64,000 bases of DNA from Lobosporangium transversale (lineage: Eukaryota): NCBI RefSeq assembly GCF_002105155.1, contig NW_019029016.1:124001-188000 (forward strand), written 5' to 3'. Every line of letters starts with the position of its first letter. The stretch's first letter is position 1. The notes under the pieces were generated by a model. The model made no database searches and was not told the origin of the DNA. It was given only the letters and a program-made list of their open reading frames with translations. A program made the position numbers and the translations under genes. Below, piece by piece: positions 11,443 through 25,070 of this stretch.

Positions 11443-12699
11443 TTTGGAGAATGGAAGAGAAATGGGTATTAACTGTATATCTAATCTCATTTTGTAAATG
11501 ATAATAATATTATTCCAAAAGTGGTCGTGGCTGCTGGCTCCAAAGCCCGACAAACCAGCGTAACCGCTACGCAAACTGAAGCCGGGCCAGCCAAAGTACA
11601 GGCTGCTCCACACCATACTTTGCGACCAGGTGTGGGGCAGGGCTCTGTACTAGAGTCGAATCCAGAGGTGGGCACCCTGGCCGAAACCACCCTGGAGAGA
11701 CGCAGGAGGCAATATAACCAAATCAGGTCCCGCCATATTGCCTCCAATTATACCAGTTGGGAAGAGCGGGACCAACACTGGCGAGCCAAAAGATTAGCAA
11801 GCTACAAAGCTTTATCTAAGGCCGCCAGAGAGACCGCAGTGTTCAAGAAGCGAAACTGTAAGCAGTTTTAAAAGACGCAAATAACATAAGGAGTTGGATA
11901 TTTTCAAAATGGAACATTGATTATTCTAACCATCTGTTTTAACTATACAATAGTGGACATTTGCGGATGGGGAAACTCGCGAAAAAATCTCGGCAACTAC
12001 CTCAGTATTTGCTGGGATTATAATTCAGACCTGGATGAAGACAAAGACCAGGCTCTTCCAGAGCGTGCTCCATCCACTCTTCAATATCGCAACGCTGCCG
12101 GAACAGTTGTTGAGTCCGGCGTGATCTATCATCCGCAGACTATTGTCGACGGAGATAATGATCACCTGAATGGATACTGTTTCACAGTCCAGTCAGAGCT
12201 TGCCTTGAAGTTTGAAGCAGCACAGCGGGTCTTGTTTCAACAGGCGAGTGACCTCATTCAGGGCTCCTTCTTCCAATACAATATGGACCTGTCTTTGGAT
12301 TCCAGTCTTGATGACGGATTCACCATTGATATTTTTGTGTCGTCGGCCCCTTCAAAGGATTTGGCCGACATCACAGTCCGAGGGGTGACGCAGTTCATCT
12401 TTATGAAGTCGTACATTTATGTCGACAAGATCTGCGTCGCACAAAAATATCAGAAAATGGGAATCGGGGCTTTTTTGATGGATAGGATCCTCAAAATCGC
12501 CCAGAAGCGGAACAAAGACATTCTCTTGTACGCACTTGGCCCTGTTATAGGTGCGTACAAGAGATGGGGGTTCGAATATTGTAAAGAGTGGCCGCCAATC
12601 CCCAAGGACGTTGGCGCGGTCATGCGGAAGCGTATCCGCACAGAAGGAGTCAAAGACGAATATGTTGGCCTGGAGTGGGATGGTACAGGCTTCTCTTAG
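10677..12699 (+). CDS. GNAT-family acetyltransferase with low-complexity basic N-terminus (5 exons, ~494 aa)
   Basis: Exons 10677-10749, 10920-10988, 11091-11351, 11522-11857 and 11954-12699 join in frame through four phase-1 GT-AG introns (1485 nt). C-terminal 'YVDKICVAQKYQKMGIGAFLM...AYKRWGF' contains the acetyl-CoA motif A (QxxGxG). The start exon is least certain. Confidence 0.8.
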
Positions 12700-14198
12700 G
12701 TCGCAGAGAGCCCAATCCACTTCCAGGCCAGCACGATACCCTTCGTCTTTTACTATAGTCCTTGGTTTTTGTTTTATTTCCGCGATGTATTATATATATA
12801 TTTATTTGCTTATTTTTGCTATGTACCATTATCACCACCATCATTATTAGAATCATTATTATCATCATTAAATTATCATCATTAAATTATCATCAGTATT
12901 GTCAGCATTGTCAATGGCATTAATTACTCAGTGTATTCTAATAAACTTTATTAATTTATTTTCTTGTTTAAAAAAAAAAAAAGCTTCTTTCAGCAACAAC
13001 AGCAGTCAAATTTGACCATCACTTACTTACACTTCATCTAATCTATTGTCTAGTTTCATTCAAACCATTGAGAGGGAGCCCACTAATCTTACGAATGAGG
13101 CAGCACACAGAGAGTGGAAAAAGACGCTTCTCATAAACTAGTTCATGAATCTGGTATTGATTAGCAGGAACGTAAGAAGCGTCTGCGGCTAATTCCACCA
13201 AGTCCACCTGCTGCACTTAATCCATTTAATGTACCGACTCTGAATGCTCTACGGAAGCGAAGAAATGAGACTAGAGAGTTCCAAAAGAATAAGAAAAAGA
13301 GCTGGAAGCAATGAAGAAGCAAGCACAAAAAAAAGGATCCTCCTACAAGGAAAAAAGCCACACTTGCAAGCTTTTGATCAAACCAGCCAGGAAGTTTTTG
13401 ATGGCAGCAAAAGGGCCACAGCAAGAGAAGAGGAAATGATGGGAAAAGAGTAAAGAGGTGTTGGAGAAAGTAAGAGAGCTGGATAGATGAAAGTTGAATA
13501 AGGAGTCCTTACATTAAGCCAGTAACGAAAAAGTGTTCAGATCAAAGCGGAAGTGAGGATAAAAAAGAGGCCAGAGGGAAGGCTGGTGGAAGCAAGAAGC
13601 AAGACAGTGTCAAGTCAACTGAGAGAGAGTTGAAGAGTGAAAGAAGTTAAGCTGAAAGAGTAGGAAAGAGACTGGAAAGTGATGAGGAGGAGTAAAGTGG
13701 GAGAGGGAAAAGAAAGAGTAGAAAGGAGTGTAGTAGGAAGAAAGTGAAACCTGTCACAGGAGGCACAGACAACAAAACGTTATGAGGAAAATGAAATGAA
13801 GGGACCAAACTTCCATTACTGAATAGGCAAGTTGATCGTCCGTAGTAACTTTATCATATCCTGTATTTTGCGAAGACTCTAAAATAGTGCATGGCTGCTT
13901 TGTTGCAAAGAAAAAACTGTTTTTGCTCTCGACCGATCACTTTGGAGATCCATAGCTCCTCAAACTACTGGCCCCTAGGGCCTAGCTCTTGCATCAACCA
14001 GGAGGGAAAGTCTGACTCTACCAACCAGTGAAGTTTCGAAAAATCCAACACGGCCCCACCTGTATCCTAAGTGTAATTTCCATCCAAGTGCAAGGTGTTG
14101 TTGCACTTGTCCGCTTTAAATGCACTTGCCGCCAATTATGAGTCTATACTAGCTTAATTGGCCTTTATTATCCTCGTAGCCATGGTCCATATGTGACT

Positions 14199-15190
14199 TC
14201 AGAGCGAACCAAAAACCGATGTCGTCAAATTTGAATGGGTTTTGCGGGAAACACGGTAGTGTTTGTTGAAAACCTTGTCAGACGACCAATTCCCTTGAAC
14301 CATGATATCTTGGGTTGATACGCCAGCGATGGCTGCCAAGGTTGATCCTATAGCGCGTGGCTTTGGAGGAGGCCGTTTCGACGGAAGATTTGGAATCCGA
14401 CGTGTGATTTCATTCATAAAAGTGCCTATGGTACTGACCCTAAGGACTTTGGACTTGTCTTTCACAAAGTGCATAAGAGGATTGAATTTATAATCCTGAT
14501 CTTTGTGGTGCTCGATTTCGAGAGGTGTGTCCGCTATCCGTCTGGTGTATTCTGTATAGGCCTCGACTGGGCAAATTTTCTTGTCGTTAGGGTGTCTACC
14601 CACGAAGATCGACTTTATGATGCGCTGCCCATCGCGCCGTTCCTTAGGAAGACTATGGTAAGGAGAAGACCCTTTTCATTGATCTCTGACTTTGACACAT
14701 CGATGCAACCGATATCATCTGGCCGGAGAAACGCACAAGCGCCTAAGAGCCAACAGAGCTTGCGAGAGAGCTTAGGCATATCAAGATCCACATTGTCCTC
14801 CATGCGGAAGTATGAAAGGATGGGTGAAATGTCGAGTGCGGATACGTGCTCCATTTGAAATACGCCAGTACTTTTCATTGCTGGCATGAACCGTTGAAAG
14901 TAAATGTTGCCTGTGATCACGGATGTGTATTCGTAAAGTTTTAAGATGGCTGATTTTTTGTTAAGAGTGGTATTCCTACTCCAAGAATAAATAATCCGCG
15001 CATGGCATAAATAGTTAACACAGCAATTGCATTTGGCGTACTAGGGTCGAAGCCTTCTTGTTGAGCCCATACTGCGAAAGCTTCTTGAGTTGGAAGATAT
15101 TGTCGACGTGTTTTGCTGTTGGCACCCGCTGAATCTAGTAGAGTGACAGCGGATGGTGTGAGTCCTGCATCTAGATCTTTACGTCGCCTC
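14199..15190 (-). pseudogene. DIRS tyrosine recombinase, frameshifted
   Basis: Pieces in ORFs 14941..15423, 14615..14920 ('LCWLLGACAFLRPDD') and 14199..14603 ('CPVEAY...PRAIGST...GNWSS...KHY'). Confidence 0.88.
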
Positions 15191-18019
15191 TTATTCTCCA
15201 TGCTGTCAATGACCAGAGTGGATTCTTGCTGAGGAGACCGCTTGCGCTTCCGACGGCTGGTAGGACTGCTTCCCGAGGGATCGGGATTGGTGGTGCTACT
15301 GCCATCTCCTTGATGGTTGGGAACCATATTGCACTCGGCCACCATGGGGTTATTACTGTTGCTGTCAGCTTCTGGGTCTGTATTCTCTCCAAGATTATTG
15401 ATAGAAGATTCCATGGGGGGCAAATGTAAAGGTTGCCCATCTCTGTCCAGTTGTGTTGAATGCAGATGGGATGTATGTCGTCCGTAGTCGAGTCCCCGTT
15501 GCTAGGCATTATCCATCGAGCCAGGACCATATATGTGTTATCTTCTTTTATTGCCTAATTTAGCGAACTTTTCAGAAAACTACCCTTAAATAAAAGAAAT
15601 AAACTATATAAATCTGCTCTGCTACCAAGTTGGATCTGCATCTTCTTGATAGTGAGCCAGGAAAAAATAGTAAAACTAAAGACAAAGGGTGGGTATAGGG
15701 TGGGACATATATGGTCCTGGCTCTCGGATAATAAGCTTAAGTCGTCATGTTATTCGACTTGGCCAGCTAGTGACGCCATAACATGTCCGCTAGTGTCATT
15801 AATTCCGGAGACCTCGTCCCTCCGAACCTGTTGATGTGTGCAATCGTCGTCGTGTTGTCGCATATGATGTTGATCATTTTGCCCTGTGTTATTGGTAGTT
15901 GAACAGCTCGAAGAACTGTCTGTAGTTCCTTCCAGTTGATGTGGTGGTCTTTCTCTTGTGGAGTCCATTTGCCACTCCATGTTTGATTGTTGATCACGAT
16001 CCCCCATCCGGTGTCCGATGCATCCGTGTATATGTCCATTTGTGTCTGTTGTTGAATCCATGACAGACCATTCCATGACGTCAGTTGCTCCTTCCACCAT
16101 TGAAGGTTCTCCTTGGCTGGTTCCGTGAGGGTGACCAAGTTCGACCAAGAAGCTCCCTTGGCTTTTAGTGCTGTGTTCTTGAGCTGAAGCAGATTTCGTG
16201 TCATGAATCGCGCTGGGAACACTGCCATAGATGTTGCCATTGCCTTCCCGACGAACGAAGAAAGTTCCCTTAAAGAAGTGGCGCCTTTTCGTAGCAGCTT
16301 TCCCGCCTCGCGTCGTATATCCCTGACTTTGGATTTCGGAACTGTGACAGTCATATCTCTGGAGTTGATAGTGAAGCCTAAATGATCTATCTCCTGTGAT
16401 GGGGTCAACGTAGATTTGGCTTCCTTGATGAGGAATCCTAGCGATGCCAACTTGTCTTGTACTAGTTGAGTGAACTGGATTGATTGCTCTTTGTTATTGG
16501 CTAGGATTATCAAATCGTCTAGGTACGCTGATATGCGAATTCCTCGTCGTCGTGCCCATTTGAGGAAAGGCTTGAGAACCTTGGTGAACACTAGCGGAGA
16601 GAGTGAGAGACGGAAGGGAAGTGTACGGAATTGAAATTTCCGGTTCTTCCATTGGAACTGTAGATAATGACGATAATCTGGATGGATTAGTACATGAAGA
16701 AATGCATCTAATAGGTCGATGCTTGTCATAAAGTCGTTCTTTTGTAACATTGCGCATACTGTCGCCATCGTTTCCATTTTGAAGTGCCGCTCTGAGACGT
16801 AGGCATTCAATGGTCTTAGATTTAAGACTGGACGAATGTCCCCGGTTTTCTTGGGGATAGTGAATATGCGGCTCTTGAAACCAGGACCTGAAGCGACCTC
16901 TATTGCTCGTTTGGCTAAGAGTGCGACAACCTCTTGATCGCCTTCTCTTCCTCCGCTGCTACTCGAGCTTGGTACGCTGTTGAACTGGATATCGGTGGCC
17001 GTTTGTGGAACGGGATCTTGAATCCCTCGGAGATGACCGACTTGACCCATTCGTTGTCGGCTATGAGAGCCCATGCTTCCCGGTAAATCTGTAAACGGCC
17101 ACCTACTGCTGGCCTGCAGCCTGTGACTGACTTGTCTGGTTGGATTGAGGGGTTTGGTAGCCTCGGCCTCGTCCCCCTCTCCTTGGAATTTGGCCTCGCC
17201 CAAAAAAAGAACCATTGTCATTTTGATAGTGGGCGGTCTGAGTTTGACCCGATGGATGAGATTGGCTAGAATTAGAAGTGGGTCTGTAAGTATTGCGCTA
17301 AAGAAACTCCGGTTTTGAGTCCTCCTGTTGTATGCCCGTTGTCTTGTCGGGTTAGTAGCCTGACGAACACTCTTTGCCAATTTGCTGGCTTCAATGAAGT
17401 CTGAAGTAGAGACAATTGGTGGATCAACTGTGTCCTTGGTGACTGAAATTTTGTGCGCCTGGTAAACAAGGTCCTCTCTGTCGCTTGACATTTGCTGTGC
17501 CAGGTGTGCGATATGTTCACGCATTGTCTGTGCGAGCTGTAAACACGCTTGTGCGACCGCAGGGTCAACTTCGTAGGAAAACATTTCCGTGGCAAATTGA
17601 TCAAGTGGTCTTGTAAGGTTTGCCAATCGTGATTGATAGCGTGAGATTGTTTTGTCCATGGAACTGTGGTGAGAGGAAGAGTCGGGCCAGTCAATGAGTG
17701 CCGATTTGGGTGCAGAATAGGTTTGAATTGTGTTTTTGGCAAAAGAGTGCATCTCTTTAGCCATTTCTGTTGCATATGCAAGATCGTCTGCACGGTTTCC
17801 AGATTTATGTTTGAAAAAATCTTTCCCGTCCATTGCTGGGTAGTGGACGAGAATGGAGTCGTCAGGTGTAATTTCGTAAGCTGGTTCTTTTGGAACCAAG
17901 TAGGGGTTCGATCGACTGGATTCAGAGCTAGTCGAGAGAGCTTCAAGCCGGCTGGTGAGTGTAGCCAGCTGGCTCTGGAGAGAGTGTATAATTGGATCAG
18001 AAGTGTCATACTCGCTCAT
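15171..18019 (-). pseudogene. DIRS gag and RT-RNaseH-methylase, disrupted by frameshifts, a mini-DIRS insertion and an internal deletion
   Basis: ORF 15767..18031 carries gag and RT/RH. The reading frame resumes after the insertion as 'CLATGTRLRTTYIPSAFN'. The segment PADAPSR...DLFA...DA present in the other two copies is missing. Confidence 0.88.
15508..15768 (+). mobile_element. Non-autonomous mini-DIRS copy 2, inserted in the RNase H of DIRS 1
   Basis: 15508-~15663 is almost identical to 56955-~57110. It continues with a GGGTGGG spacer and the right end ACATATATGGTCCTGGCTCTCGGATAATAAGCTT...GGCCAGCT. Removal restores W-R-H-C-L-A-T-G. Confidence 0.9.
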
Positions 18020-19643
18020 TTGGAACTTCAATACGCTGGATGTGTTCCTGAGCGAGAAAAAAGAAGATAGAGAGTAGATCAGAGCGAACGCTAGATTTTA
18101 TTTATTTTATTTTTAGTTTTCTCGGTCAGAAGGAATAAAAGAGATCACACATATGGACCATGGCTACGAGGATAATAAAGGCCAATTAAGCTAGTATAGA
18201 CTCATAATTGGCGGCAAGTGCATTTAAAGCGGACAAGTGCAACAACACCTTGCACTTGGATGGAAATTACACTTAGGATACAGGTGGGGCCGTGTTGGAT
18301 TTTTCGAAACTTCACTGGTTGGTAGAGTCAGACTTTCCCTCCTGGTTGATGCAAGAGCTAGGCCCTAGGGGCCAGTAGTTTGAGGAGCTATGGATCTCCA
18401 AAGTGATCGGTCGAGAGCAAAAACAGTTTTTTCTTTGCAACAAAGCAGCCATGCACTATTTTAGAGTCTTCGCAAAATACAGGATATGATAAAGTTACTA
18501 CGGACGATCAACTTGCCTATTCAGTAATGGAAGTTTGGTCCCTTCATTTCATTTTCCTCATAACGTTTTGTTGTCTGTGCCTCCTGTGACAGGTTTCACT
18601 TTCTTCCTACTACACTCCTTTCTACTCTTTCTTTTCCCTCTCCCACTTTACTCCTCCTCATCACTTTCCAGTCTCTTTCCTACTCTTTCAGCTTAACTTC
18701 TTTCACTCTTCAACTCTCTCTCAGTTGACTTGACACTGTCTTGCTTCTTGCTTCCACCAGCCTTCCCTCTGGCCTCTTTTTTATCCTCACTTCCGCTTTG
18801 ATCTGAACACTTTTTCGTTACTGGCTTAATGTAAGGACTCCTTATTCAACTTTCATCTATCCAGCTCTCTTACTTTCTCCAACACCTCTTTACTCTTTTC
18901 CCATCATTTCCTCTTCTCTTGCTGTGGCCCTTTTGCTGCCATCAAAAACTTCCTGGCTGGTTTGATCAAAAGCTTGCAAGTGTGGCTTTTTTCCTTGTAG
19001 GAGGATCCTTTTTTTTGTGCTTGCTTCTTCATTGCTTCCAGCTCTTTTTCTTATTCTTTTGGAACTCTCTAGTCTCATTTCTTCGCTTCCGTAGAGCATT
19101 CAGAGTCGGTACATTAAATGGATTAAGTGCAGCAGGTGGACTTGGTGGAATTAGCCGCAGACGCTTCTTACGTTCCTGCTAATCAATACCAGATTCATGA
19201 ACTAGTTTATGAGAAGCGTCTTTTTCCACTCTCTGTGTGCTGCCTCATTCGTAAGATTAGTGGGCTCCCTCTCAATGGTTTGAATGAAACTAGACAATAG
19301 ATTAGATGAAGTGTAAGTAAGTGATGGTCAAATTTGACTGCTGTTGTTGCTGAAAGAAGCTTTTTTTTTTTTTAAACAAGAAAATAAATTAATAAAGTTT
19401 ATTAGAATACACTGAGTAATTAATGCCATTGACAATGCTGACAATACTGATGATAATTTAATGATGATAATTTAATGATGATAATAATGATTCTAATAAT
19501 GATGGTGGTGATAATGGTACATAGCAAAAATAAGCAAATAAATATATATATAATACATCGCGGAAATAAAACAAAAACCAAGGACTATAGTAAAAGACGA
19601 AGGGTATCGTGCTGGCCTGGAAGTGGATTGGGCTCTCTGCGAC

Positions 19644-20900
19644 CTAAGAGAAGCCTGTACCATCCCACTCCAGGCCAACATATTCGTCTTTGACTCCTTC
19701 TGTGCGGATACGCTTCCGCATGACCGCGCCAACGTCCTTGGGGATTGGCGGCCACTCTTTACAATATTCGAACCCCCATCTCTTGTACGCACCTATAACA
19801 GGGCCAAGTGCGTACAAGAGAATGTCTTTGTTCCGCTTCTGGGCGATTTTGAGGATCCTATCCATCAAAAAAGCCCCGATTCCCATTTTCTGATATTTTT
19901 GTGCGACGCAGATCTTGTCGACATAAATGTACGACTTCATAAAGATGAACTGCGTCACCCCTCGGACTGTGATGTCGGCCAAATCCTTTGAAGGGGCCGA
20001 CGACACAAAAATATCAATGGTGAATCCGTCATCAAGACTGGAATCCAAAGACAGGTCCATATTGTATTGGAAGAAGGAGCCCTGAATGAGGTCACTCGCC
20101 TGTTGAAACAAGACCCGCTGTGCTGCTTCAAACTTCAAGGCAAGCTCTGACTGGACTGTGAAACAGTATCCATTCAGGTGATCATTATCTCCGTCGACAA
20201 TAGTCTGCGGATGATAGATCACGCCGGACTCAACAACTGTTCCGGCAGCGTTGCGATATTGAAGAGTGGATGGAGCACGCTCTGGAAGAGCCTGGTCTTT
20301 GTCTTCATCCAGGTCTGAATTATAATCCCAGCAAATACTGAGGTAGTTGCCGAGATTTTTTCGCGAGTTTCCCCATCCGCAAATGTCCACTATTGTATAG
20401 TTAAAACAGATGGTTAGAATAATCAATGTTCCATTTTGAAAATATCCAACTCCTTATGTTATTTGCGTCTTTTAAAACTGCTTACAGTTTCGCTTCTTGA
20501 ACACTGCGGTCTCTCTGGCGGCCTTAGATAAAGCTTTGTAGCTTGCTAATCTTTTGGCTCGCCAGTGTTGGTCCCGCTCTTCCCAACTGGTATAATTGGA
20601 GGCAATATGGCGGGACCTGATTTGGTTATATTGCCTCCTGCGTCTCTCCAGGGTGGTTTCGGCCAGGGTGCCCACCTCTGGATTCGACTCTAGTACAGAG
20701 CCCTGCCCCACACCTGGTCGCAAAGTATGGTGTGGAGCAGCCTGTACTTTGGCTGGCCCGGCTTCAGTTTGCGTAGCGGTTACGCTGGTTTGTCGGGCTT
20801 TGGAGCCAGCAGCCACGACCACTTTTGGAATAATATTATTATCATTTACAAAATGAGATTAGATATACAGTTAATACCCATTTCTCTTCCATTCTCCAAA

Positions 20901-20955
<55 letters not shown>

Positions 20956-21666
20956 ATAGAATTGAAGAAAACAAATAGATAGATAACTTACAACCACGGT
21001 TTTTTAAATGGGCACTGTTGCGTTTGCCCCGCTGATCCGCATGGAACTCTTGGACTTTGACATCCCTTTCAAAGTTCCTATATGCGTCTGTCAGCGTCAG
21101 GTTGCTTCGCGTACCGCTCTTAAACTGAAGCCTTCTTTTATATTGGTCTAATTCGACTCCTCTCGGAGACGCAGAGGTACCGAGAAGTCCCATATGTGAT
21201 GGGAACTTGGAGTGAATATAAGACCTATGTGGGGGTGTGATTGAGTCCCCCACTTTATTAAAGAAAAAAAAAAAAAAGAAAAGAAAAACATTAACGTCAG
21301 TCTATTGTCTATCGTGAATTTCTTTCAGTGTATCTATATATATATAATGCTTACCATCTTTAACAATTGCAGCCATCTTCGTGCGAATTCTATCGCTACG
21401 TCGCTGCTGGACTGGAGTGCCAGCTGAATCACCACAAACCATTTTAATAATCACCGAAAAGAGTAATAATAAATAAAAAGAATGAGTACTCTATGGGTGA
21501 GCATTGGAATACTGGATAACTAAATGGTATCGAACGGTACATTTCCTATTATGGACATCACAAAAGGAAATAAAAAGATGTAAACAAACTTACTGTGTGA
21601 TTTAGTCTTAGTTTTACGCGACGGAGTCTTGGCTCCCTCTGCCGGAATATGGTCCTCGCCGCTCAT
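19644..21666 (-). CDS. GNAT-family acetyltransferase, mirror copy
   Basis: ORF translations identical to those of 10677-12699. Confidence 0.8.
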
Positions 21667-24600
21667 TGCTACAGTTGCTCTGCTAGGGTGTGTTGCAGGG
21701 GCATGAGCCTTGTGATGAACATAAACCCAAACAATAGGTCAATAGCGACTCTTTTGATAGAGGTGACAGATGCTATGGAAATGCCAATAGAATTAAACAA
21801 AAGTTAGATTTTCTTTATTTCAGTTTTCAATGACACGCGTCTTGAGGCTCCCAAAGCCTTTAGGCTTTAGATTTCAATATGATAACTTCAACACCCTGTA
21901 CTTTTCTTCTCGGTAACATTAGAGAAAAAAAGAATTGCACAATGATGTAAAGTGGTGGCAAAGTTGGTAACATCACATCTCGGAAACGGTGTTGTTATGC
22001 TTATTACATGTAGTTACCTTATATTTGTGAATCGATAGTTGACTCGCTGCTGAGTCGTGCTGATAAGTGGGTACTGTTAAAAGCTGAACTGATTATGGGG
22101 ACAAGGGCTTTTTAAAAAAAATAAAATAAAAGAGAGTGACTATAGGTGATGCAGGGCGGTGTTTATTCAATGGGAAAAAAGAGATATGAGATATGAATAG
22201 AGTGTGTTTATGTGAAGATTCTTTTCTGCAAATGAAATGTAAAAAGAAAAGAGAGTTGAGTGTGTATGTGTGAAAAGGAGAGGTATTTATACAAAAAAAA
22301 AGACGTATGACTGACTTGTTGCCCCTCTCTCACAGCATACACACATACACTTTCAGTTACAACCAGACTATCAACGTTCATTCTTTCTGCTTTGCTGACA
22401 CAGCTGTGTTCAGCGGACGACTGCAAGCTGAACACGAGTGAACTGACTTGACCGTTGCCACCTTTGATGTCATCGTTTATCATAAATTCACGCCGCTCTA
22501 TTGAGTAGATACTGCGCGAGTGCTCATGTGAGCAAAGTTCTGCATGACAAAAACCAACCAGGGCTTTCATTCGGTCATCCAAAATGAAAGGCTTTCATTT
22601 TTTTGCCCTCAACAAATAAGATTAAAGAGTTCTCTACTGCGGCTTATATTGATGCATGAAAACAGCTTTTGAAAACCATGATTGGAGTGAAAGGGGTAAA
22701 GTAAGGTCTATTTCCATTTGTTTTTTAGGATCAGGATTGGACAGACTGTGACCTGCTGCCTAAATCTCGGCAAACGACTCGGCTGTTGACCCTTTTTGAG
22801 AATAGCTCAGTTGGTATAGCATATTTTTATTTCCTTTATAGCTATCGATTTTTTATACTTTGTGTTTCCATTTGTGTTGTCGATACGATATTTTACAGCG
22901 ACGCAAAGGAAACTGAGCATCCTGCTGCCAAATGTTAAATAATAATAAATACTGATAACTATCATTCTCCAGCAATAAAGAAAGTCATTGTGGGTGGGTA
23001 GGTTGTAATATTAAACGAATGAGATAAAGTAAGTATTGAAAATCTAAAGAGATAACGCGTTCAGAGGGGAACGCCGCAATGTCATTTATTTTTCCACCAT
23101 GACACCTTCAGTCAGATGTTCGTTTGAACACTCTTTTTTCTGGTTGGTCAGAGTCCATTTTGAATCTGAATATTCACACGGCAGACAAGGGACACATTGT
23201 CCATCTCGATAAAATTGACCTTTTTTACTTCCAGATGCCACATGAATGATGGCAACCTGTCTCTGAGAGCAAACAGCCACACATCAATATTAGTCATGTC
23301 CATACAGTCATGGTGCGAGGCGGCGGTATTATCCTTCATGTACATTTTTATTATTTATCCCTAATTTTGCCCTTTCTTTTATATAGCACTCTCTTTGATG
23401 ACAGTGAAACAATAATGTGGAGAAATACCAAGTGGACAAAAGATGGCCAAGGCAGCATGGTATAGCACTAAAGAGGGCTCATAAAGCAGCGTTGCTCATG
23501 GAAATGTTGATACTGTTGATACTCACGTGTATGCCATGTCGTTTGTGTATATCGTGGGAACTGTGCTTTAGCAATTTTTGTTCGAACAGACTTTTCCTTT
23601 TTTTTAACTTTCGGAACGCCAAGGAGATACAACACGTCATTCCCTCGACACGGTTGGATGCCTTTTATTGGTCGATACATAAACGTTGATACTTTATTTC
23701 GCCTTCAAACAAAGAAGTTATAAAATCTAATCATTAATCTACATATTCCATATTGTCTTGCATGAAAATATAGAAATTAAAATTAAAAGGCGCAGAGGTA
23801 TCTTGAGGATTGTCATGTGCTATCTTCTATCAAACTCTGGAAAAACGGCAATCTGCCAAAGTATAATTCCCACATAGTCTATCCCATCTCTTGTTAAGAG
23901 TGAAGAAAGAGAATAGAAGAAGAGGATAAAGAAGATGGTCTCCTTTACTAACTGCTGTAGTCAATGAGGGCACAGACAGTGCAAATGTGAACGCACTGTA
24001 ACACGGTAAGCGCCTGTAACAATACACGTCCACAACTCCACTAAGGTATTCATGTGCTTGATTGGGTTGCTCTTCAAGGCCGTGGATGAGTGAATGTAAG
24101 TATATAGCCAGCTATATATTACCGAGTAGCTTGCTACCGATAGCTGGCACAGCTTAATCCATTGGCTTTACTATTGATTATCGCTACCAACATTCTATTC
24201 CTATTTCGCATTCACAATAGTCATAGATCCATCACATTTTCAGACAAAAGACAAAGATCATTGTGTCTGATCTTGCCTTTTAATATTTATTGTTAATTGT
24301 TTACTATGCTGTGGTTTCCAAGCTGCATCCTGGCCCAAGAGTGGCGATGCCCATGGTACGTTTGCATGAACCGAACATTTCCTAGTCGGCTTGGATTCTT
24401 TTGATGTTGCTTTTTAGCATATTCTTTGATGGCGCCTTGGCTAACTGGCCTTGGAAACCTTGGTTGACTGGCCCTAGTGGCCTGGCTTTGGGTTAGCTTC
24501 CCTTGGTTGACTGCCTTTGATTATCGGGACTCTTATAGGTTGCCCTTGGTCGACTTTGGCTTTGGTAGTCTTTGATTTCCTTGATTGCAGCAAACTGTGT

Positions 24601-25038
24601 TTGATTAATTGTGGTTGCCTGGCTGCCTTCGATTGCTTTGACTAAGGTTTTCTGTCTTTAATTTTGCTGAGGCAGTCTCTAGCTGCTATGGCTGAGCCAA
24701 CCGTCTACCGACTTTGGGCCTTGGCTGGTTTTCAATGAGGTTTCTTTTGGTTGAGTGGAGTGAGCTGGTTGGCTTTTTTTTTTTTTTTTTTTTTTTGCAG
24801 TGATGTGACTGCTATCTGCTAATTTTTGGTTTCTGACTTTTGGGTTCCTGGCTTCTGGCTTTTGACTTCTGGGTTCTGGGTTCTGGCATTTGGCTTCTGG
24901 GTTCTGGCTTCTGACTTTTGGCTTCTGGCTTCGATCTTTTGACTTCCGACTTCTGGCATTTGGCTTCTGGCATTTGACTTTTGGATTCTGGCTTCTGACT
25001 TTGGCTTCTGGCTTCTGGCTTCTGGCTTCTGGCTTCGG

Positions 25039-25070
<32 letters not shown>

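Larger units (their letters stand above)
4048..14195 (+). repeat. Left arm of ~10.15-kb near-perfect inverted repeat
   Basis: Reverse complement of 18148-28304. Mirrored ORFs give coordinate sums of 32343-32352. Differences seen are mostly 1-bp or homopolymer indels. Confidence 0.98.
14167..18176 (-). mobile_element. DIRS retrotransposon 1 (degenerate; ends at ICR midpoint; centre of the giant palindrome)
   Basis: gag, RT (YLDD), RNase H (YTDAS), methylase remnant (ICPPW) and frameshifted tyrosine recombinase. 5' end ATTATCCTCGTAGCCATGGTCCATATGTG at 18176-18148; its complement lies at 14167-14195 just after the YR stop. Confidence 0.92.

Noticed and set aside
13050..13760. Lys/Glu-rich coiled-coil gene (mirror ~18580-19290)
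   Set aside because: Purine-rich and coding-like but riddled with stops and frameshifts; no assignable family.
15767..18031. Natural 754-aa gag-RT fusion protein
   Set aside because: The middle of the ORF reads through off-frame sequence and it ends at the mini insertion. It is a by-product of frameshifts in a decayed element.
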